Source of the DNA: Octopus sinensis
Lineage: Eukaryota
DNA length: 64,000 bases
Assembly (NCBI RefSeq): GCF_006345805.1
Contig: NC_042998.1
Span: 144,150,001 to 144,214,000 of the forward strand
Reading direction: 5' to 3'
Under the pieces are notes generated by a model. That model was not told where the DNA came from. It saw only the letters and a program-made list of their open reading frames with translations, and ran no database searches. Shown here piece by piece: positions 51,144 to 64,000 of the stretch. The position numbers were made by a program, and so were the translations under genes. Numbering within the stretch: position 1 is the stretch's first letter; the number at the start of each line of letters is the position of its first letter.

Positions 51144-51202
51144 AATCCCTACTCAACTCTTCCTAATCCCTACTCAGGTCCTCCTAATCCCTACTTAACT
51201 CC
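51144..51202. repeat. 21-bp tandem repeat x~3 (aatccctactcaactcttcct)
   Basis: Read directly from the sequence. Confidence 0.85.
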
Positions 51203-53856
51203 ATTGTATGTTCTATTGCCTAATACCCACTTTTTCATCCATTTAACAGCTCATCGATTCTCATTACATATTGATACTATATATACAGTTTATATTACTT
51301 ACATCTATTGACACTGTTTATCATCATCATCATCTTTCAACATCTATCTTCCATATTGGCATGGGTTAGAGCTTCATGCTCTAATGTCTACTTCAGCATA
51401 GTTGCTAAGGCTGGATGCCCTTTCCCATGCCAGCCGCATTATAGTGTGTACTGGGTGCATTTTTCAAGGCCTAACACTAGTAAAGATTACCTGGTAACTT
51501 GCAATGTTAAGAGCTCAAAGTGGCTAGTATAACCAAAGGAGAAGAGAGAAGGTGCAATAATTCTTGGAAGGGAGATAAGTGAAGATAGGGTTAGAGTTAT
51601 GATAAGATGGTCGTGGAGACAGATACAGAGAGTAATGGTGTGGTTAACGTTAGTTTGTCTATTGAAGTTCTTATAATCTTTCCTGCAGATCGAGCTCAGT
51701 TATTTCTGCTGTACAGTATAATACACATGACCCATGCACAACGTAGTTTCAGCTTTCATCTTCCAAACTATACAGAGACAGTATCAACACAGACATAAGC
51801 ATCTTCAACCCCCTTTCACTAAGGCTCTGCCAGTTAATCATACATCTGTACATACATGCATAAGCCTAGAGATTTTTTTTTTTTATGGAAGGTTGACTAC
51901 CATTCATACAAGTCTCCTCTCTATATATCACTAACGTTATTCGAGGCAAAGATCGCCTATATGGGCCACTACAGTTTGGCACTAGTAAATGGTTACAGGT
52001 ATTGTTGTCAGGTGCTGGATCAAATAACACAAGGCCCGACTATTTTTGCATTAATTCCAAAAGATGAAAGGTGAAGTCGACTTCAGCAAGATTTGAACTC
52101 AGAGCACAAAGAAGCAAAACAAATACCACTAGGTATTTTATCCAACGTTCTGACACTATGTTTTTAAAGTTGTAAACTTAATTCACTGTGTGTTTTAAGT
52201 TGTAAACAGAGTTTAGTACCGAAAAGCCCAATATACTCTCACATACAACACCCCAGGCATTAATATAATCACGTAGGCAGCAAAACTGACATACTTTATT
52301 ATAATTCAGAGCCAGCAAATACAGTTCAAAACTGCCCTAACAACATTTGACGTGAATAATTTAATCTTCCTATGAAGCGAATGTATTAAACAATAATATC
52401 ATCGTTAAATACACTCACTGACTTCGGATTTCAAATACTACAAGTCATAATTAGAGAAAGGTCAAGGTCACTATGATGCAGGTAATGAAACATGAAATTT
52501 AAAATAAAAAGTAATTAAAAATAAAACAGAAATAAGCCCGTGTAATTTAAGGCGTATCAATCTTGTCAACTTGAGTCGTTTCAATTACCTCTTTTAGGTT
52601 TTGACCTTGACTAGGATTAATCAATTGATGTTATCGTTATCATCTTAACAATCACCACCACCATCGACATCATCAACAACAGCTCAATAGATCTTCAATA
52701 TCCATTTATTTCACTTGACGAAAGATAAATTAATTCTTGTTTTTTACTACCAGCTAAACTAAACTAATAGACCTATGTATAGATTCTCATTGGCTGATTT
52801 CACAGACATTCTAATTAACACTGCAGTAATAACCAAGGATAGGACCATTAACCACATCGTTTATATTTATTTCAGGCACTACCTGTAAAAGAAAAAAAAG
52901 ATATAACAAATTCTACTCATTTCCATGGCTGTTTCCATCCTTATAGATGAGGAAAATATATATAAGATTTTATGTCTAAATAACGAATTAGTGAATTTTT
53001 TAAAAAAACAATAAATTTTTTAAAAACTACAGACATGACCCCCCATCTTATATCTTGCGGAATGAAAGAGAGAAAAAAGAGAAAAAGCAAAGAGTTTCAA
53101 CGTATTTATCAAAACCTTAGTTGACTTAAAGAAAGAATTTATATTTGAAGTTGTGAGATCTAAGATGTAGGGGGAATAACTCAAACTGCACTAAACTGCT
53201 ACTTTTGGATATTTTTTGCTAATTAGTGATAGGAGGAACAGAAAACTGTGTGGACTTCGTTTTTTTTTTTATATATATATAAAGATTGTTAGTGGGGAAA
53301 AGGGGCAAAGGAAACATGAATCTTAGCTTATCCTCTGGGCAAAAACCTGCGACTGAATGGGCTCTGCTAAAAACAGCCAAGTACCAAATGGTGATGACAG
53401 ATTTGGTAGACACAATTCAATGAACCACTATAGATAGCAGCTGTTGTTTTACCAGAAACAAGAAATATGGGACTGATCTTGTCTCTGTTTCTCTTTTGTG
53501 ACCACCAGGCTGTATGGTTAGGAAGCTTGCTTCCCAACCACATGGTCTCAGGTTCAGTGCCACTGCGTGGCACCTTGTGCAAGTGTATTCTGCTGTGCTC
53601 TCAGAATGACCAAAGCCTTCTGAGAGGATTTGGTAGACAGAAACAGAAAGAAACCAGTCTTGTGTGCCTGTATGTATCAATGTATCATCATCATCATCAG
53701 TTAACATCCGTTTTTCATGCTGCCATGGGTGGACAGTTTGACTGAAAACTGGTAAGTTGGGGAGTAGCACCAGGTTCCAATTTGATTTCGCATGGTTTCT
53801 ATGGCTGGATGACCTTTCTAATACTAATGTATGTATGTATGTGTGTGTGTGTGTGT

Positions 53857-53911
<55 letters not shown>

Positions 53912-54338
53912 AAGTGTGTGCACATATATCTGCATGTGCCTGTCTTTGTCTTTAGTGTTTGTCTCACAACATCACTTGGCAACCAGTGTTGGTTTGTTTA
54001 TGTTCTGTAAATTAGTGGTTCAGCAAAAGTGACTGACAGAATAAATACCAGGCTTTAAAAAGAATAAGTACTGGGGTTGATTTCTTCTACTAAACCCTTC
54101 AAGGTGGTGCCCCAGCATAATTGAAACAAGTAAAAGATAAATATATGCGTGCGTGCGTGCATGCGTATAGCTATGGTATATTCTGTTAAGAATGTAGTAC
54201 AGTACAGTATAAAGACCGTTCACCTTCAGATTTACTCTGCGCTATCCAGTAGTAGAATTATACATACTTCCAGGATTGCGTTTGGGCATGTGTCAGGTGT
54301 GAATAGATGATTGAAATAACTGGAGTTAACAAGAAGGA

Positions 54339-54633
54339 GTATGGTTGGACATTTATTTTTTAATTACTTCAATTGTTTCCACACAATGTAGTTCTCCAGG
54401 TGTGCACATACTTTATTATACAACTGTTTCCCTGCATTATGAGATCTAGTTGTGTTTCTTCAGGCAATATGTAAATATTGACTTCATAAGTTTAAAATCC
54501 TCAGCTTCAAGAACATCCTATCTGACTGTCATGGCCTGAATTTAGTAGTTGCATAATCAAGTACCTGAACACCTGGAGAAGTATGTTATGTGGAAATAAT
54601 TATAGTGATTAAAAAACAAATGTCAAACCATAC
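54339..54633. mobile_element. MITE-like element with ~75-bp imperfect inverted repeats
   Basis: 54339-54412 versus 54560-54633 (gtatggttggacattt...ttctccaggtgt / acacctggagaa...aaatgtcaaaccatac). Confidence 0.6.
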
Positions 54634-54836
54634 CACTTTTTGTTGACTTCAATTTATTCAATTTTATATATATTTATATATAGGTGTAGCTGTGTGGTAA
54701 GAAGCTTGCTTCCCAACCACATAGTCCCGTGTTCAACCTCAGTGTATGGCACCTTGGGCAAGTGTCTTCTACATTAGCCCCTGGCCAACCAAAGCTTTGT
54801 GAGTGGATTTGGAAGACAGAAACTGAAAGAAGTCCG

Positions 54837-54870
<34 letters not shown>

Positions 54871-56419
54871 GTGGTAGTATACATATCTATTTCACAGCTA
54901 CTGGAATCAAATTTCATGTTACACATACACACCCACACACACTCACATATATTTTGACACCTCTCGATCAAAATTCTCTTGACTAGCCACAAACCAACCC
55001 AAACTACTAAATAAACTTCAAATCACAGCAATTAACAGAAATCATTTAGAAAGACAGCAGTTGTGATTTAATTAATTATCATAATGGGTTTCTGTATAAA
55101 TACTACATTCATCAGTTGTTCATATATCTATAACAAAGAACTATTGCAATCGTGGGCAAACTGCAGCCCATAAAACTTTCCAAAGGGCATGTGTAATGAA
55201 AAATTACCCTAATTCATTTAGTAGTGAAGTCCATCTGATAATGAGCCATCTCACATGCAGCCCACTTCTCAGAATAAGTTATCCATGCTTGATCTATTGC
55301 AATATATATAAGTTTCAAAGAGCCAGCAGTTTTTTTGAATGGCACTTAATTTATCAACCCCAAAAAGGTGAAAGGCAAAGTCAACCTTGGCTGTGTGGTT
55401 TGCTTCTAAACCACATAATTCTGGGTTCAATACCATTGTGTGGAACTTTGAGCAAATGTTTTTTACTATAGTTCTGAGGCAACCAAAATCTTCTGAGTGA
55501 ATTTCAGTTTCCATCTACTAGACCCACTCACAAGGCTTTGATTGATCTGGAGCTATAGTAGAAGACACTTGCTCAAATTACTGCACCATGGGACTGAACC
55601 TGTGATCAAATGGTTAGGAAGCAAGTTTCTCATATCTACACTGCTCTCTAACTCATTTGAGGGCTCTTGTCTTGAAAGTTACTTGGTGAGTTTGTCAGTG
55701 CTGATGCTACATAAAAAGCACTCAGTACACTCTGTAGAAATGTTTGGAATTAGGAAGAGAATCCAGCCATAGAAATGATACCAAAGCAAACACTGGAACC
55801 TAGTGCAGTGATTCTAGCTCACCAGCTCCTGTTGAACTATCTAACCCTTACTAATATGGAAAACACACACACACACACACACACCAAATTGAATATACAA
55901 CTGAAAAAGCTACTAATGGTTTCATGCAATTACAATACTTAAAGAGGCATGTTTATAAAATGTATCTTAAAACAATCTTTCTGGCTCTGTTTATGCATTA
56001 TAATATAATATAATCTTTAAATGATGGATACATTTACAAGTACATGAGACAGAAAATATGAAGAGAACTACCAGTGGGATTCAAATCCTGTATCCCTTGT
56101 ATACTGGCTGTCTCTTGTTACAGATTACTTCATAACACCTCCCAATGACTCAACCCATCAAATGAATATTTGTTAAGGCTCAATTGAATAAGCTAACATT
56201 GTTTATTTCCACGCATTTCACATGAGGATCATTAAGTATTTAAGAATTTAAGTAGCAACTCAAGAAACCAGTGAACACTTTACTCCTTTGTTGTCTAACA
56301 GATTCTGAGTATTACTCTGACGTTCATCCATATTCAAGACTAAAACAATTCCAGAATACAAATAATAAATACAATTATGATGTAAATGATTCAGATATTT
56401 ATTTTTACTCATTTTTCAT

Positions 56420-56640
56420 CCAGCTGTGGGCTGGAAAAGGCCTCATGACAGGCCCCACACCAGATGGCTTGATGAGATTGGGGAAGACTTCCAGAGGCTT
56501 GACATCACCAGAAGGGCTGGCACATGACCACCAGCGGTGCAGAGTACTGGTGGATCTGGTTGGCTCTATGCATGATGACGCCTGTGGGACCACTAACTTT
56601 GGAATGACTCCAGCCCCATCAAACAAGAGTATGAAGCCAA
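56420..56640 (+). mobile_element. RTE LINE C-terminal fragment
   Basis: GWKRPHDRPHTRWLDEIGEDFQRL. Confidence 0.65.
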
Positions 56641-56690
56641 GCCTTGTGTCTTTTCAATATTTCAGTCATTGGGGTACCACCTTGAAGGGT

Positions 56691-56926
56691 TTAACCCTTT
56701 TGATGCCAACCCGGCTGAAACCGCCTCTGGCTCTGTTATACAAATGTCTTATTTTCAAAATTTCTGAATTAAAGTCTTCAACCAAACCTTAATCACAATT
56801 TATGTACCTAACACAAGCTTATTGATAACTAAGTTATTTTACTAAATTCTTTGTTATATTTATATTTAAAATTAATCGAAAGAAACACAGAGCATCTCAA
56901 CAGAAATATGGTAACAAAAGGGTTAA
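56691..56926. mobile_element. piggyBac-type MITE with TTAA TSD, inserted in a SINE
   Basis: TTAA|cccttttgatgcca ... tggtaacaaaaggg|TTAA; the SINE sequence is continuous across the site. Confidence 0.85.
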
Positions 56927-57884
56927 TTGAACAAATTGACTCCAGTACTTATATCTTTTTTAAGTCTGAGACTATTGGCCTCTTTTGCTGAACCACTAAG
57001 TTGTGGGGGCATAAACAAACTAACACAAGTTGTCAAGCAGTGGAAGCAATACTAACATAAGCACAACCACACACATACACATATATATGTATATTTAATT
57101 TATTCATTTACTTGTTTCAATTATTTGACTGTGGCCATGCTGGAGCACCACCTTTCATTGAAGAAACTGACCCCAGGATTTATTTCTTTGTAAACCTAGT
57201 ACTTATTTGTTATAATGTGGATCCTCATCCACTTGTATTTTATTGTTGGCACAATAATATTCTTGTCGCCACTCTTACATTGTGGTGGTATTGCATGCCT
57301 TATTGTCTTCAATTCATCTATTGTGCTATGACTTTGAAACACCTACTTCGACAGTAACTCAAACTCGACTATAACATGTAACTGACACTTAACTCCAACT
57401 GGGAACTCATACAATAACTCTTACTACTACTGACCTCCTACAACAACTGACTGTCTGACTTATAAGAGGCTGGTCATACCAATTTGTCATGTGGGAAGGG
57501 GAGTACCATTTTCACTACAACATTATTCTGTTAGTCTCTTCTGCTGAACCACTAAGTTACAGGGACATAAACATACCATCATTGGTTGTCAAGCAATGCC
57601 AGGAGGACAAACACAGACACACACACATAAACTTATACATACATATGTACATATCAGGGATGTGCCACCTGGGTAGGCAAGGCAGCCAGTGCCTACCCTG
57701 AATAAAATAGATCAAGAGTAACATTTTCCTTCAATGGTAAATATGCACCAAATTCAATGAAATTATGCAGGTTACCCTGATTACTTTGCATAAAATACAG
57801 AATATTTATTTTTTTTTTTGTGTGTGTTTTACTGTATAAACATCACCAACTGTCTGCCCTGAGTAATTACTGACGGCACATGCG

Positions 57885-58221
57885 ATATATATATTATAAT
57901 ATATTATATACATACATATTATATATATATACATACATATATATATATATATATACATACATATATATATATATATATACATACATATATATATATACTA
58001 TAATATATATATATACATATATATATATACATACATATATATATACATACATATATATATATACATACATATATATATACATACATATATATATATATAT
58101 ATACATACATATATATATATATACATACATATATATTATACATACATATATATAATACAACATTATTACATATATATATATATATATACACCATATATAA
58201 TACACATACATATATACATAC

Positions 58222-58254
<33 letters not shown>

Positions 58255-58255
58255 C

Positions 58256-58287
<32 letters not shown>

Positions 58288-58647
58288 ACATACTATATAT
58301 ATATATATACTATATATAATAATATATACATACATATATATATATATACATACATATATATATATATACATACATATATATATACTACATACATATATAT
58401 ATATACATACATATATATATATATACATACATATATATATAATATACATACATATATATATATACATACATATATATATATACATACATACATATATATA
58501 TATACATACATATATATATATATATATACATACATATATATATTATACATACATATATATATATACATACATATATATATTATATACATACATATATATA
58601 TATATATATACATACATATATATATATACATACATATATATATATAC

Positions 58648-58683
<36 letters not shown>

Positions 58684-58786
58684 ATACATACATTATATAT
58701 ATATATATACATACATATATATATATACATATACATACATATATATATATATATACATACATATATATATATACATACATATATAT

Positions 58787-58825
<39 letters not shown>

Positions 58826-59191
58826 ATACATACATATATATATATATACATACATACATATATATATATATAACATACATATATATATATATATATATAT
58901 ACATACACATATATATATATATATATTACATACATATATATATAATATATATATATACATACATACATATATTATATATATACATACATAATATATATAT
59001 ATATATATACATACTATATATATATAATATATATATATATATACATACATATATATATATTATATATATATTATACATACATATATATATAATATATATA
59101 TATATATATACATACATATATATATATATATACTATATATACATACATATATATATATACATACATAATATATATACATACATATATATAT

Positions 59192-59222
<31 letters not shown>

Positions 59223-59444
59223 CATACATACTATATATATATATATATCATAACATACATATATATATATATATATAATACATACATAATATATATATAT
59301 ATATACATACATACATATATATATATATATAATACATACATACATATATATATAATATATTAATATACATAACATATATATATCTATATTACATACATAC
59401 ATATAATATATATATAATACATACATACATACATATATATATAT

Positions 59445-59477
<33 letters not shown>

Positions 59478-60000
59478 CATACATATATATATATATATAT
59501 ATACATACATACATATATATTATATATATATATATACATACATACATACTATATTATATATATACATACAAATATATATATATATATACATACATACATA
59601 TATATATATACATACATACTATATATATATATATATATATATATACATACATACATATATATATATATATTACATACATACATATATATATATATATATA
59701 CATACATACATATATATATATATACATACATATATATATATATTATATTATACATACATATATATAATATAATATATATATATATAATATATATATATAC
59801 TACATATATATATATTATATATATATATACTACATATATATATATATATATATATATTATCATACATAATATATATAATATATATATATATACATACATA
59901 CATATACCTACATATATATATATATATATATATATATACTACATACAATATATATATATATATAACATACATATTATATATATATATATATATACATACA

Positions 60001-60043
<43 letters not shown>

Positions 60044-60056
60044 TATACACACACAT

Positions 60057-60100
<44 letters not shown>

Positions 60101-60106
60101 CACCAC

Positions 60107-60148
<42 letters not shown>

Positions 60149-60502
60149 TATATTATATATATATATTATATATATATATATATAACACACCCACATTATA
60201 TATATATATACTATATTATATATATACACATATATATATTTATATATACATACATATATATATATATATACATATATATATCACATCATACATATATTAT
60301 ATAATATATACATTATATATATAATACATATATATATACATACATACATATTATATATATATACATACATATATATATATACATACATATATATTATATA
60401 TAACCACATATATATATAATATACATACATATATATATATATATATACATACATACAATATATATATAATATACATACATACATATAATATATAATATAT
60501 AT

Positions 60503-60563
<61 letters not shown>

Positions 60564-60812
60564 CATACTAAATATATATATATATATTACATACATACAT
60601 ATATATATATATACATACATACATATATATATATATACATACATACATATAATATATATACATACATATATATATATATATATACATACATACATATATA
60701 TATATATATACATTACATAATATATATTATATATACATACATATATAATATATATATAAATACATACATATATATATACATACATATATATATATACATA
60801 TATATATATACA

Positions 60813-60846
<34 letters not shown>

Positions 60847-60911
60847 ATATACATATATATATACATACATTATATCATACATATATATATATACATATAT
60901 ATATATATACA

Positions 60912-60951
<40 letters not shown>

Positions 60952-60952
60952 C

Positions 60953-60985
<33 letters not shown>

Positions 60986-61022
60986 CATACATACATATAC
61001 ATACATACATATATATACATAC

Positions 61023-61060
<38 letters not shown>

Positions 61061-61369
61061 ATATTATATATATATATACATATATATATAATTATATATA
61101 TACATATATATATATATATATAATATACATATATATATATATATAATATATATATATAATATATCTATATATATTATATATATCATAATATATATATTAT
61201 ATATATATAATATATACATATACATACTATAATATAATATATATATATATATATACATACATATTATAATATATATATATACTACATATACTATCTATAT
61301 ATATATATATATACATACCATATAATATATATAATATACATACATATATATATATATATATACCTCATA

Positions 61370-61407
<38 letters not shown>

Positions 61408-61462
61408 CATACATAATATATATATATATATATACATACATTATATATATATTATATATACC

Positions 61463-61498
<36 letters not shown>

Positions 61499-61588
61499 CA
61501 TAATATATATATATATATAGATAATATAATACAGACATATATATATACTATATATCTATATACATACATATATATATAGTATATATAT

Positions 61589-61621
<33 letters not shown>

Positions 61622-61845
61622 CATACATATATATATATATATATATAATATATATAGACATATATAATAGTATATATATATACATATATATATTACATAA
61701 TATATATATATCTACATATATATATATATATACATATATATATATCTATACATATATATATATATATACATAATATATATTATATACATATATATATTAT
61801 ACATATATATATAGATATATACATATATAATATACTACATATATA
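57885..61845. repeat. ~4-kb (TA)n/(CATA)n compound microsatellite
   Basis: Nearly G-free on the + strand; source of all poly-YI/MYV ORFs. Confidence 0.97.
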
Positions 61846-62451
61846 TTTTCCTTCACTGGACTAAACTGCTTGCGATTACCTGTTGGGGCAAGTGAAATCG
61901 AAACTGAACCAGTGGCACGTGAACAAAACATTCGTATATATATATGATGGGCTTCTTTCAGTTTCTGTCCACCAAATCCACTCACAAGGCTTTGGTCAGC
62001 CCAAAACTATAGTAGAAGACACTTGCCCAAGGTGCCATGCAGTGGGACTGAACCTGGAAACATGTGGTTGGGAAGCAAGCGTCTTACCACACAACCATGC
62101 CTGCACATTTATATATGTACACGTGCATATGCACACACACACACACACACACAAGTATATACTTTGATACTAAGGTAGGTTTCAACCAGAATTGGCCTAA
62201 GCCAAATAGCCCCACATGAAGATGACATTTCATCAGGTTTCATGTTACAAACACACTTTTAATATCATAGTTTTCATAGTTATTGTTTGCAGAAATATAC
62301 AAACAGGCTTATAGTTTCCACATGCCAAATTCACTCCCAAAGCATTGGTCAGCCCTAAGTTATACTTAGGTCAGCCCTAAGTTATACCAAAGTGCTATAC
62401 AGAGGTACTGAACCTGAAACCACAGGTTATGTTGACACAAGCATAAAATAC

Positions 62452-62486
<35 letters not shown>

Positions 62487-62540
62487 CCTTCTCTGAGCGT
62501 CTGCTAATACTTTACATGTACCACATCCTCACGTTGTTGT

Positions 62541-62780
62541 TTTTTTACCTCCGCCAAGGAAGGAGGTTATATTTTCATTGGCGTTGGTTTGTCCGTCTGT
62601 GTGCAAATAATTCAAAACGTTGTGAACAGTATTTGATGAAATTTGCAGGAAAAATTGGTAATGACACAAGGAACAGATGATAAAATTTTGGTAGCAATCT
62701 GGGAATTTTTATGGATTTGTGAAGGATTTTTCATTTTTTGTTTTTACTTTACATGAAGTATTAATGTTATGTTCTTTGAT
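62541..62780 (+). mobile_element. Crypton-like non-autonomous element (partial)
   Basis: tttttacctccgccaaggaaggaggttatattttca...; related to 8066-8440. Confidence 0.55.
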
Positions 62781-62889
62781 TATCTCCCTTGAAAACACGT
62801 TCATCATTTGCATGTAACCTATGGTGGCATTGCTGTTTCCAAAGTTTATTTTCGTTTCTCTATTAGTAATTTTACTTGCATATCTATCT

Positions 62890-63310
62890 TAAAACGAGGT
62901 GCTTGGCGCAAGTCTGCGGAGGATAACATGACAAGCCTTGACTATTGGGATCGACTCAAAAAGCTCAGGCTTTGCTCTCTCCACTGCCACTGTGAGCTCT
63001 GCATCATCTGTATGATCAACATTGACCATCTTTAAAATTCATCCGAGGCTTGGCCCCCGTGCCATCCGTCCACAACAGAAATGTTTGTGTCATATCTCAA
63101 CACTATGACAGAACTATTTCACCTCAATTGGCCCTGCTCTCTTCAACATCGTGCCAGACACACATAAAGGAAGAAAGTGACTTCATGGCATTCAAACAAT
63201 CCCTAGATGATTACTCCCAACAAATACCAGATAAACCACCCACACCCAGATATGTCTCTAAAAACAATAACCCTCTCCTTGAATGGGCTGCGGTTCCCCA
63301 GAGCTGACTG
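62890..63310 (+). mobile_element. CR1-clade LINE 3' end
   Basis: LDYWDRLKKLRLCSL... and FKQSLDDYSQQIPDKPPTPRY..NNPLLEW. Confidence 0.8.
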
Positions 63311-63594
63311 TGTATCTCTTCCAGGTGGAGCTATTAAATTAGACATGACCGGAGTCAACTTCAGCCAAAACTTATCTAAGTAATCTAATCTATGTTGTAA
63401 CCTTTTAATCAAAGCATGACAACGTGAGTAGAGGCTGATATCTTAACATTTCTGATGGTCTTAAGTATAAAAAAAAATTATTAAAGATTTATATACAACT
63501 ACATTCAGAGTATGTCTATAAGCTATTGTGTTTAGACCTGGGTTCTATCCTCAAACTGTTCCATTTGTAGATGCAATTTTTTTTTTTAATAAAG

Positions 63595-63665
63595 CACTCC
63601 GAAATTAGAAAAATCAAAAATCTGCAACAATCTTGATCCCATGAGTATCAGATAATGGATTTTCA
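63595..63665 (+). mobile_element. Tigger/MER2-like terminal remnant
   Basis: aaaatcaaaaatctg..caatcttgatccca.gagtatcagataatggattttca resembles Tigger ends. Confidence 0.4.
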
Positions 63666-63765
63666 NNNNNNNNNNNNNNNNNNNNNNNNNNNNNNNNNNN
63701 NNNNNNNNNNNNNNNNNNNNNNNNNNNNNNNNNNNNNNNNNNNNNNNNNNNNNNNNNNNNNNNNN
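63666..63765. other. Assembly gap (100 N)
   Basis: Run of 100 N. Confidence 1.
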
Positions 63766-64000
63766 AATAAAAGAAGTGAAACAGAACCAGTGTGTATTTA
63801 TTATTGGCATAATGACCCTTCCCAAGCTACAACATTCAAATTGATATTTTTATTTTCAATTTTCCAAAACAAATCCCATGTTGGAAAAATTAACCTTTAT
63901 ATAAAACAAAGAATTCTTTGGGGTTGGTGCATAATTTTCATTTTTATAGCATTTGGTAGATGACAGAAAGACACCTTCCACAATTTACTTTCCTAAAAAT

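Noticed and set aside
56271-56792. 173-aa ORF
   Set aside because: Spans an RTE remnant, a SINE piece and a MITE; the meaningful RTE frame is a different one.
57880-61985. Many long ORFs (poly-YI, MYVCIY)
   Set aside because: Translations of TA/CATA microsatellite. The same applies to the ORFs at 29896-30498, 44734-45353, 12030-12532 and 40163-40545.
63586-63963. ORFs across the N run
   Set aside because: Artefacts of the assembly gap.

Overview
AT-rich, repeat-saturated eukaryotic DNA. The SINE/LINE families and long (TA/CATA/CA)n arrays resemble Octopus (coleoid cephalopod) genomes; this is an inference from recognised repeat types. No complete host gene is visible: there is one convincing orphan minus-strand coding exon (48987-49091) and a few weaker candidates. 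Almost every ORF in the supplied track is a microsatellite or SINE artefact. The main contents are a very young, internally deleted Gypsy LTR element (37083-39678, minus strand, tRNA-Trp PBS fused directly to RNase H-integrase), a decayed R4/Dong-type LINE with a restriction-like endonuclease (about 9230-11175), RTE and CR1 LINE fragments, several tRNA-derived SINE families, and Chapaev3, piggyBac-type, Crypton-like, Helitron-like and hAT/Tigger remnants. Penelope-type termini carry hammerhead-ribozyme relics. A CpG-retaining domain spans about 35.3-46.9 kb, and there is a ~4 kb TA/CATA microsatellite and a 100-N gap. I found no clearly new multi-gene system. The most interesting signals are mechanistic: the PBS-precise LTR deletion, hammerhead relics, template-switch palindromes inside SINEs and a methylation-domain footprint.
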